A DNA stretch of 64,000 nt from NCBI GenBank assembly GCA_007694115.1, contig RECJ01000242.1:18089-82088 (forward strand). Direction: 5' to 3'. A model generated the notes under the pieces. It searched no databases. It had not been told where the DNA came from and saw only the letters and a program-made list of their open reading frames with translations. This DNA comes from Leptolyngbya sp. DLM2.Bin27. Its GTDB lineage: Bacteria > Cyanobacteriota > Cyanobacteriia > Phormidesmidales > Phormidesmidaceae. A program made the translations under genes and the position numbers. This document shows positions 56,070 to 64,000 of this stretch, piece after piece; the first letter of the stretch is position 1; the number at the start of each line of letters is the position of its first letter.

Positions 56070-56540
56070 ATGGCCAAGCACACTGCCACAGCCGCCCAAG
56101 ATGCCTTTAAGCATCACTTCAAAGCTATGGTGCCGCTGATTTTGGCTGAGTGGCCTCAGCTGCTAGAAACCAACCTGGTCGCCACCGAGGGTGACTTAGA
56201 TCTAGCCGTCGCCTACATCAGCGACGAAACCGATCGCACACAAACTCTTACCCGCCGCCACCTAGAGGAGCTGGCCACCCTGGTCGAACCCACCCCTGAC
56301 CCGGCCCCAGATCCAGCCCCTACCCTCTCCGTCAGCGGCCCAGAGGCCGATGAACCATCTACCGTCGACCAACTGCTCGGCGACCTTGAGACCCGCACCG
56401 AGCGCCTGATGGCCGAGTTTAAGGCCGAAATGCTGCCCGAACTAGAGAAAAAAGCCCGCAGCAACTTGGGCACCAGTCTGCTGATTGCCCTAGGACTGGG
56501 GTTTATTTTAGGTCTGTTGTTGGGGGGTAAACGTGGCTAG
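56070..56540 (+). CDS. CsbD-like/ElaB(DUF883)-like tail-anchored protein
   Basis: ILAEWPQL...TEGDLD N-terminus; C-terminal TSLLIALGLGFILGLLL-GGKRG anchor. Confidence 0.65.
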   Translation: MAKHTATAAQDAFKHHFKAMVPLILAEWPQLLETNLVATEGDLDLAVAYISDETDRTQTLTRRHLEELATLVEPTPDPAPDPAPTLSVSGPEADEPSTVDQLLGDLETRTERLMAEFKAEMLPELEKKARSNLGTSLLIALGLGFILGLLLGGKRG

Positions 56541-56922
56541 TTCGACCTCCGCCTGGGATCAGCTAGAAGACTACCTACAGCGAGTGCTGCGCCTGGGCAC
56601 TGTGCTGGTCGACATGCATCTCGATATTGCCGTGCAAGAGGCCAACTACGAAAGTCGGCGGCTGATTAGCGGGGTCGTCATGCTGGCCATTGGGGTTGGC
56701 CTGCTGACGACGGTGGCCGTGCTGGCCCAGGTCGCAGGCATTGTTTTTGCCCAGTCCCTAGGGCTGTCGCTGCTTCAGGCCATTGGCGCAGTCGCGGGCG
56801 TCAACCTGGGGCTGGGGCTGATCTTTTTAGGCTGGGGGCGGCAGCGGCTGCGTGGCCCGCTGATGACCCAAACCCAGGCTCGTCTGTCGCGGTCAATGGC
56901 ACTGCTGCGCGCCAAAGAGTAG
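56533..56922 (+). CDS. YqjE/holin-superfamily-III-like membrane protein
   Basis: HLDIAVQEA followed by 2 TM; overlaps upstream stop. Confidence 0.75.
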   Translation: MASSTSAWDQLEDYLQRVLRLGTVLVDMHLDIAVQEANYESRRLISGVVMLAIGVGLLTTVAVLAQVAGIVFAQSLGLSLLQAIGAVAGVNLGLGLIFLGWGRQRLRGPLMTQTQARLSRSMALLRAKE

Positions 56923-57074
56923 GCCGGGGCCGCTCCAATATTTCACCCTGCGCGATCAACGCTGGCCATTTCTCCACAAACTGCTCAGACAGCTAGTTGC
57001 TAGACTGGGGCAGCTGACTAGGCAAGGGCTCAGTCAGCTGCCCAAAAAATCGTCTGAACCTCAACTTCGACGGT

Positions 57075-57323
57075 ATGACCCGATTTCTTAAGGTATTTTT
57101 GGCGGCCCTCCTGACTCTGGGGCTGTTGTTTGCAGCCCTCCCGGCCCTGCTGCTGCTAATCGATATGCCGCCATTTCGCTTCGGTGACGGCCCGCTGTTT
57201 TTGGTGGAATGGCGTAACGATCCCCAAGGCACGGGCATTACCTTTGGCATTCTGCCGCTGGGTGTTTTGGCGTTGGCGATCGCGCTGATTGACCAGGTGA
57301 TGATTAACCGCGATCGCCGCTAA
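57075..57323 (+). CDS. small membrane protein
   Basis: Two TM helices, ATG start. Confidence 0.6.
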   Translation: MTRFLKVFLAALLTLGLLFAALPALLLLIDMPPFRFGDGPLFLVEWRNDPQGTGITFGILPLGVLALAIALIDQVMINRDRR

Positions 57324-57448
57324 CGCGGCTGGGCGATAGGCGAGGGACTACTGAGCCAGCGATTGCAATCAGGCATGAAACATTTCTCATACAGCCGCTG
57401 GTTTATACATTGATCAATGACGCCAGTTGACGCCCCAGCGAAGCCAAA

Positions 57449-58144
57449 CTAGGCCGCTACTAGCGCCTGCACCAAACTCTGGAACAAGACCAGCCCATCG
57501 ACCCCGCCCAGTACGGCATCGGCAGCCCGCTCGGGGTGGGGCATCAAGCCCAGCACGTTGCCCGCTGGGTTGCAGATGCCCGCAATGTTGCTGAGTGAGC
57601 CGTTGGGGTTATCGGTCTCGGTCACAGCGCCCGCTAGGTTGCTGTAGCGAAAGACAATCTGCCGGTTGGCCTCTAGCTCGGCTAGGGTGGCCTCGTCGGC
57701 GTAGTAGCAGCCCTCGCCATGGGCAATGGGTAGGGTGATCACCTGACCTGGGCGGTAGCCTGAGGTCCACAGCAGGTCGGTGCGCTCGACCTTGAGCGGT
57801 AGGCGATCGCAGATAAACCGCATGTCTCGGTTGCGCACCAGCGCCCCCGGCAGCAGCCCCACCTCGGTCAAAATTTGGAACCCGTTGCAGATACCTAGCA
57901 CCAGCTTGCCAGCATTGGCGTGCTCTACGGTGGCCCGCATAGCCGGAGAAAACTGGGCGATCGCACCACAGCGCAGGTAGTCGCCATAGCTAAAACCGCC
58001 GGGCACCACCACCACGTCGACGTCGCTCAAGTCGCTATCTTCATGCCAGACCATGCGGGTGGGCTGCCCCAAAATATCGCGGGTGACGTAGGCCACATCG
58101 CGATCGCAGTTGGCTCCGGGGAAGACGATGACGGCGAATTTCAT
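57449..58144 (-). CDS. purQ: phosphoribosylformylglycinamidine synthase subunit PurQ
   Basis: [27 protein letters not shown]. Confidence 0.97.
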   Translation of the reverse strand: MKFAVIVFPGANCDRDVAYVTRDILGQPTRMVWHEDSDLSDVDVVVVPGGFSYGDYLRCGAIAQFSPAMRATVEHANAGKLVLGICNGFQILTEVGLLPGALVRNRDMRFICDRLPLKVERTDLLWTSGYRPGQVITLPIAHGEGCYYADEATLAELEANRQIVFRYSNLAGAVTETDNPNGSLSNIAGICNPAGNVLGLMPHPERAADAVLGGVDGLVLFQSLVQALVAA

Positions 58145-58181
58145 GGGGATTGGGGGTAGGTGGGAAGTAGATGGGTAGGGG

Positions 58182-58211
58182 GTAGGGGCAGACCTGTGTG
58201 TCTGCCCCTAC
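58182..58211 (+). repeat. GTAG-family REP-like palindrome
   Basis: GTAGGGGCAGACCTGTGTGTCTGCCCCTAC. Confidence 0.75.
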
Positions 58212-58235
58212 CCCCTACCCACAGACAGGCTATCG

Positions 58236-58499
58236 CTAGGCGGTCGCCAACGCTTGCATTTCAAACCGATAGTTCTCGATCACCGGGTTCGCCAACAACT
58301 GGTCGCACATGCGATCGAGCTGCTGGCTAGCGGCAGCTTCAGTCTCCGCTTCCAGCGTCAACTCAATATATTTGCCAATGCGAATGGGGCCGACGTTGTC
58401 GTAACCCATGTGGGCTAGGCCCGACTGCACCGCCGTTCCCACTGGGTCAAGCACCGAGGGGCGCAGAGTGACGTAGATGCGGGCGCTGTAGTGGGTCAC
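58236..58499 (-). CDS. purS: phosphoribosylformylglycinamidine synthase subunit PurS
   Basis: VLDPVG, RIGK, LLANPVIE. Confidence 0.96.
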   Translation of the reverse strand: MTHYSARIYVTLRPSVLDPVGTAVQSGLAHMGYDNVGPIRIGKYIELTLEAETEAAASQQLDRMCDQLLANPVIENYRFEMQALATA

Positions 58500-58608
58500 G
58501 GGCAGACTCCAATGGCGAGGGAAGTGGCGAGAAAACCCATAATCCTGGGCAAATCTATCCTACCGTATCGACTGGTTGATAAAATTGAGTCAGTACAAGT
58601 GAGCCAGC

Positions 58609-59013
58609 ATGGTACGACGCACCCGCAGCCAAGAGAAAGTTTTGATGGTCTTAAAGGGTTTGAGCAAGCCCATTTCGGCCCAAGACCTATACGTAGAAAT
58701 GCGGCAAGACGGCAACACCATGGGGCTAGCCACCATCTACCGTTCTTTAGATGCCCTCAAGCTAGAAGGCGCAGTACAAATGCGCACGCTGCCCTCGGGC
58801 GAAGCCCTCTACAGCCTGCCCCAGGAAGACCGCCATCACCTCACCTGCCTCCAGTGCGGCATCACCATCGCCATTGACGAATGCCCCGTGCACAGCCTAG
58901 AAAAAGACCTGCACCAGGCCCACCAGTTCAAAATTTTTTACCACACCCTAGAGTTCTTTGGCCTTTGCCCTCGGTGCCAAACTGAGCTGCACATAGATTC
59001 AATGCAAGCCTAG
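58609..59013 (+). CDS. Fur-family regulator, probably Zur
   Basis: GLATIYRSL, HHLTCLQCG, HTLEFFGLCPRC; divergent from purS. Confidence 0.88.
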   Translation: MVRRTRSQEKVLMVLKGLSKPISAQDLYVEMRQDGNTMGLATIYRSLDALKLEGAVQMRTLPSGEALYSLPQEDRHHLTCLQCGITIAIDECPVHSLEKDLHQAHQFKIFYHTLEFFGLCPRCQTELHIDSMQA

Positions 59014-59561
59014 ATCTAGGCCCATGGCAGCGGCAGCGGTTAGAGTCCGCCAACCAACTCAGCGGCCCAGCGCGCCCCCTAGCCCCCAACCCCCAAGATG
59101 TTCCCCCACCTCTTTGGGGTGACGATGCCTACGATGTCGCTGGGCAGAAGGTGCCCACCAAGCTCACAGCCCTAGCCAATACTGGCATCGTTTGTGTCTT
59201 AGCACCGTAATATCTATTCCTTTTGAAAGAAGACCCCAACCTCAATGCTAGGAAAGATAGGGGTAAGCCGCTCAAACTACCCACAGCCTAGCTATGGGGC
59301 GACGCTTTTCTTGAGACTTTCTTTTTAGGTATTTTGATTTGATCTCAATGGTCGTTTAATGCCGCCTGGGTTTAGGTCTACTGATCGACATGGGGCTATT
59401 TACCAGTGGCTTAGCCACCAGCTTAATATAAATTACGATTCACAGCCTGGGGTCTGATTGAGCAGACAGCTAAGCCAGAGCAGGCCGATAAAACGACAGA
59501 GAAAGCTATTTAAAGCCCCCCAGAAAAACACCTAGCGCCAACCCGACAACCCCACATCTGT

Positions 59562-59954
59562 ATGGAACATCAAATATCTTTACAGCCAAATTTTTATTCC
59601 CATAGAGCTGAGATCTATCAGCCCGCATCCCAAGCAATATTTTTAACTGAAGTTGACACAGCAGAAGCGCCAGTAGCTGAAGATCATCGATCTCCGGGCA
59701 GCTTTTTTGATGGCCTGATCTTAATACTTTGGGGCTTTTCAATCGGGTTTTTGATTGTCTTGACGGTACGAAATTTGATGTTCTACAAAAGAGCATCGGA
59801 TGAAGATAAAGCTCTCGGTCATAGCGACTCTAATTCCTGCGCTCGATGTCGCTATTTCAACAGAAATCCGTATATCAGATGTGCCGTCAACCCTTTAGAT
59901 GTGCAAAAAATAGACGCCAACGACTGCCCTGACTTTAGCCCCGATGACAATTGA
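59562..59954 (+). CDS. TM + Cys-rich protein related to DUF6464
   Basis: One TM; CARCRYFNRNPYIRCAVNP...DCPDF. Confidence 0.65.
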   Translation: MEHQISLQPNFYSHRAEIYQPASQAIFLTEVDTAEAPVAEDHRSPGSFFDGLILILWGFSIGFLIVLTVRNLMFYKRASDEDKALGHSDSNSCARCRYFNRNPYIRCAVNPLDVQKIDANDCPDFSPDDN

Positions 59955-60025
59955 GTTTAAATTAAGGCCAAGGCTGACCACAAAAGTACTGAAGCATGTT
60001 GCTGCCTCCCAAGGCCGCAGGCTCT

Positions 60026-60058
60026 GCGCCCCTACAGCGCCCCTACAGCGCCCCTACA
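60026..60058. repeat. 11-bp tandem repeat GCGCCCCTACA x3
   Basis: Direct reading; contains the REP-like CCCCTAC end. Confidence 0.75.
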
Positions 60059-60283
60059 TTGGAGTATCTTCTTTCCCTGAGCTTGCCCCAGCCCTAGCGG
60101 TTGGTCAATGCTAAATTGTCAATTCTAAATTGATAGATTGGGTGGCGCGATCGCAGCACCCAACCAGGCTTACCGCTGTTGGGTTGTTGTCTCAGGAGGC
60201 GCTTTGCTAACGCGATCTGACCGGCTACCAATCGCCACCCTGTTCACCGATGACCTCCTTAACTGTCAATACCTAGGCCGATC

Positions 60284-62491
60284 ATGAGTGCACAGCAGAC
60301 CCAGCCGAAAGAGCAAGAACAAGAGCAAGGTCTAGTTAGAGAAATGGGTTTGCTCAATGCCCTCTCCATTGGTTTGGGCACCATGCTGGGGGCCGGAATT
60401 TTTGTGCTGTCGGGTACAGCCGCCCAGCAGGCTGGCCCAGCGGCTAGCGTTGCCTTTGTCATGGCTGGCTTGATCTGCTTGCCGATTGCCATGACGGTTT
60501 CTGAGTTAGTTACCGCCATGCCCCAGGATGGCGGCAGCTACTATCTGATTTCTCGCACCTTGGGGGCGGCGGCGGCGGCGGTGCTGGGGGCCGCCAACTG
60601 GCTAGGGTTAATGTTTGCTACAGGGTTTTACCTGATTGGTTTTGCCGAGTATTTGGCTGATTTTGTGCCTGTACCTCCCTGGGCCAGCGAACTGGGGGCC
60701 GGTCTCTTGTTTACCTTCCTCAACTATCGCGGCGCCAAGCTGACCGGGAGCATCCAGACCTATATTGTCGCCATTTTAGTGATCATTTTGGCTGGCTTTG
60801 CCGGGCTGGGGATCGTTAATGTTGAACCCGAACTCCATGAAAACTTTGCTCCCTACGGCTGGGGGGCCGCCTTTGGCACGGTGGGCCTAATTATCGTGTC
60901 GTTTACCGGCTTTGAGAAGGTGTCTACGGTGGCGGAGGAGGTCAAAGATCCGGGGCGCAACCTGCCGAAAGCCATTATTGGCTCAGTGGTGATTGCCACC
61001 GTTATCTACGCAGCCGTGGTCTATGTATTGACGGGGGTGCTCGACGAGCAGCAAATCGTTGAGTTTGATCCGCCGATGATTGAGGCGGCTGAGCAGTTTA
61101 TGGGCAATATTGGCGGCATCGTCATTGGCGTTGGGGCGCTGCTGGCGACGGCTTCGTCGGCCAATGCCGCAATTTTGGCCTCATCACGGATTAACTTTGC
61201 CATGGGTCGTGACCAGATTTTGCCCAGCTGGTTTGGCAAAATTCACCCCCACCACATGACGCCCTCTCGTTCGATTGTGGTGACAGGGGGCTTGGCGATC
61301 GCCCTGGCGTTGAGTGGTCAAGCTCCTTTGCTGGCGGAGATTTCCAGTGCTCTATTTATGATTTCCTACGCGCTGCTGCCCCTGGGTTTGATCGTGGTGC
61401 AGCGAGCGTCGCCCGACTGGTATCAGCCCAGCTTTCGGGTGCCGTTTTCTCCCTGGCTGCCGCTGCTCGGTGGGGGAGCGGCGGTGGTGGTGATTGGCAC
61501 CCTCGATCGGTTTTCTCAACTCACCGGGCTGGGGCTAGCGGCCATCAGCCTGCTGTGGTACTACCTTTGGGCCAGGCACCGCACCACCATTTCAGGCGAA
61601 CTCGGGGACTGGCTCCAGCGAGCGCATCCGATTCGCTCGGCCCTTGGCCGCACCGAGGCTCCCGATTTAGATCGGCGACCCACCATTTTGGTGCCAGTGA
61701 ACGGGGTAGAAACCGGCAGGCGTTTGGTGAGCCTGGCAACGGCTCTGGCCACAGGGCAGCCCGGTACAACCGTCACCGCGCTCAAGATTGTACAGGTGCC
61801 CTACAATTTGGCCCTTGCCGCTGGTCAGCAACAGATCCAGCGGGTGACCCGTCATCAGCATGAGCTAGAGCAAACGATTTACGATGTTGAGCGTGGCGAT
61901 GTTGAAATTAAAACCCAGGTGCAGGGTGCCCGCAAGGTGGCTTCGGCCATTGTCGAGATCGCGACCCAGCATTCAAACCTGGATTTGGTTTTGCTGGGTT
62001 GGCATGGCCCTTTAACCCTGAAGCGCATTAGAGCCAGCATTGACAAAGCCGTTTTGAATAATGTTGCCAGCCGAGTAGCCGTGCTGCAAGACAAAGGACT
62101 GGAGCGAGTGCAGCGAGTCTTGGTTGCGATCGCAGACAATCGCCATGCTCCGCTAGAGTTGCAGCTGGCGCACGATCTCCAGCGGGGGGTAGGGGCTGAC
62201 GTTACCATTTTCCATGTCATAACGGCAGCAACCACGGATAGTCAGGATCAAGAGTCAACTATCCGCCGTTTAGTCGACACTGAGTGGGCAGAAGACAGTG
62301 ACCGATTGTCAGTCAAGCTAGGGCAATCGGATTCAGTCGCCCATAGTATTGTGACCGAGGCCGAGCAAGGATACGATTTGGTGATCATGGGTGCCTCTGA
62401 GCAGTGGTTTTTGCAGCGGTGGCTATTTAGCGGCGTGGCCGACCGCGTGGCCGACGACGCTCCCTGCTCAGTGCTTTTAGTCAGACAGTGA
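60284..62491 (+). CDS. APC amino-acid permease fused to two USP domains
   Basis: GTMLGAGIF, FTGFE, EEVKDPGRNLP; C-terminal DLVIMGA...APCSVLLVR. Confidence 0.93.
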   Translation: MSAQQTQPKEQEQEQGLVREMGLLNALSIGLGTMLGAGIFVLSGTAAQQAGPAASVAFVMAGLICLPIAMTVSELVTAMPQDGGSYYLISRTLGAAAAAVLGAANWLGLMFATGFYLIGFAEYLADFVPVPPWASELGAGLLFTFLNYRGAKLTGSIQTYIVAILVIILAGFAGLGIVNVEPELHENFAPYGWGAAFGTVGLIIVSFTGFEKVSTVAEEVKDPGRNLPKAIIGSVVIATVIYAAVVYVLTGVLDEQQIVEFDPPMIEAAEQFMGNIGGIVIGVGALLATASSANAAILASSRINFAMGRDQILPSWFGKIHPHHMTPSRSIVVTGGLAIALALSGQAPLLAEISSALFMISYALLPLGLIVVQRASPDWYQPSFRVPFSPWLPLLGGGAAVVVIGTLDRFSQLTGLGLAAISLLWYYLWARHRTTISGELGDWLQRAHPIRSALGRTEAPDLDRRPTILVPVNGVETGRRLVSLATALATGQPGTTVTALKIVQVPYNLALAAGQQQIQRVTRHQHELEQTIYDVERGDVEIKTQVQGARKVASAIVEIATQHSNLDLVLLGWHGPLTLKRIRASIDKAVLNNVASRVAVLQDKGLERVQRVLVAIADNRHAPLELQLAHDLQRGVGADVTIFHVITAATTDSQDQESTIRRLVDTEWAEDSDRLSVKLGQSDSVAHSIVTEAEQGYDLVIMGASEQWFLQRWLFSGVADRVADDAPCSVLLVRQ

Positions 62492-62559
62492 GCATGTAGC
62501 ATCCTCAATTCAGACATGAATGTCAGCCTCAAGGACTACCTTTGAGCGAACCAGGGCAA

Positions 62560-63627
62560 TCAACTGTGGATTTGGCTGGGTGTGTAGTCCATATACTTAA
62601 TTAATTGGGCTAGGCAGGGTGCCCACTTTTGGCGCATAGATAGGTAAGTTTCAGCCCCAGAGGTGGGGTTGTCGATTGTTTTAACGCCGTTTTTTCGCAG
62701 GATCTCTAGGGCCTGGTAGTAATGCTCTTGCCACAGCAGTTCGGCGGGTGCTGGGGAGAGCCCCCGCCTCTCAGAGGCAATCGATTGATCTAGCTCCCTA
62801 ACTAGATGCATACCGCCATACCAAAGCTCTGCCGCCCCAGCAGAATTGGCCACGGCACCATACTGTTCTGCATCGAGTGCGCTGTTGATCAGACTGGCGG
62901 TGTCGATGGCCAGATAGACAATGCGGGGTAGGGCATAGTAGGTCTGGCGGTAGCGAAAATAGAGCAGTAACGGGTAAGAATTGTTGAACTCTAGGAGATT
63001 CATTAAGTCTTTGGCGATGTCTGAAATATCTCGATGCAGGCTGGCATCGTTGCCTGCGGCCAAGCGAGCCAGCAGCACCGCTGAGTCGGCGGTGTCGGCG
63101 GTGCGATGGTGCAAACTCAGCGCGAAAGTGTTGCGGCGGGTGAGCGCCTGGTAGACCGACAGCACGTAGGAGAGCACTAGGGTAAAGGCAGAAAACCCCA
63201 GCAGGCTTTTGAGCACTATTAGGAGACGGTAGGGGGTGGTTTGAGGCACCAGATCGCCCGTGCCCAGGGTGCCGAGGGCAAAGCCCGCGTAGTAGAGCGC
63301 GGTGGCAAAATCGGTGGGGGTGACGCCCTGCTCGGCTTGAATCCCGGTGCCCAAGCCCGGCCAAACGATCAGGGCAAATCCTATCAGCATTAGCAACACC
63401 CAGACCCCAATCAGCGTGACCATAATCGTTGGCCCACCGTAGGAAAGAATGCGGTCGTGGCGTTTAGGCGACCCCTGGGCCAGCCAGCGGAATACGTGCC
63501 ACAGCATTCTGGCGACGGGAATGCTGAGCAGATTGCTCTCAGAGCGAGGATGCAAGACCGTCAAAAAAATGTCGGCTAAGGCAATTGAGACAAGCCCGGT
63601 GCCTATCAGCTGTAAGAGAACTGGCAT
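62560..63627 (-). CDS. potassium-channel-family (Ion_trans_2) protein
   Basis: Pore helix ALYYAGFALGTLGTGDLVP between TM helices. Confidence 0.82.
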   Translation of the reverse strand: MPVLLQLIGTGLVSIALADIFLTVLHPRSESNLLSIPVARMLWHVFRWLAQGSPKRHDRILSYGGPTIMVTLIGVWVLLMLIGFALIVWPGLGTGIQAEQGVTPTDFATALYYAGFALGTLGTGDLVPQTTPYRLLIVLKSLLGFSAFTLVLSYVLSVYQALTRRNTFALSLHHRTADTADSAVLLARLAAGNDASLHRDISDIAKDLMNLLEFNNSYPLLLYFRYRQTYYALPRIVYLAIDTASLINSALDAEQYGAVANSAGAAELWYGGMHLVRELDQSIASERRGLSPAPAELLWQEHYYQALEILRKNGVKTIDNPTSGAETYLSMRQKWAPCLAQLIKYMDYTPSQIHS

Positions 63628-64000
63628 GCGCCCACGGAATAGAGTTGTTGTCTCTAGAGATAACCACGCAGAGCCCATCTATTCATCCCTCCCAGTGCAG
63701 GCTCGCTGGGCCAAGAATCTGGGCAGGGCAACTTGCAGAAAAGCAGGCGCTGGCGCTGCTGGGGGTGAGCCAAGGAGGGTGGGGCAAATGCGATCGCCAG
63801 TCAAACCGCAACTAATACCGCAGATTGATGCCGCCTAGGGGCAAACAGCTAATAATTGGATTTTCGCCTAGGTTTTTGCCCCCAGATAGGCGGCATTATC
63901 GCCCTGCGGCACAGGTCAGCTAACCGTTCCTGACACCCCATACCTAGCCCCTAGCACCCGATACCCGACACCTATCCTTTCTTTCTATACAGCCCTGTAC

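Noticed and set aside
56533-56922. Phage holin indicating a prophage
   Set aside because: No phage genes nearby; context matches the cellular yqjD/yqjE-type pair

Overview
Core-chromosome region of a GC-rich filamentous cyanobacterium. It has abundant HIP1 GCGATCGC octamers and nblS/hik33, ndhF1-ndhD1 and cyanobacterial gshA; the gene style suggests a Leptolyngbya/Nodosilinea-like organism (inference). It holds about 65 CDS (trmL fragment, gshA, rnhA, dnaX, 1-Cys peroxiredoxin, PAS-GGDEF-EAL, desC-type desaturase, nblS, ndhD/F, murG, moaC, purQ/S, a Fur-family regulator and many conserved hypotheticals) and two tRNA-Arg genes. There are many GTAG-type REP-like palindromes and short tandem repeats, but no CRISPR array, prophage or intact transposase. 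The best leads are: (1) a four-gene envelope cluster (31.2-34.8 kb) with a degenerate M23-like lipoprotein and a secreted lysozyme-like protein; (2) a TetR regulator fused to an apparently dead tyrosine-recombinase domain, divergent from a desaturase, with two candidate operators between them; (3) an A8 slippery site in dnaX with an immediate -1 stop at the gamma/tau position; (4) a 106-bp MITE-like element in two copies with a flipped hairpin loop; (5) a candidate PsrR1-like sRNA; (6) a perfect HLR1 box upstream of a small membrane-protein gene near nblS. All family assignments come from motif recognition by eye; no database searches were run.
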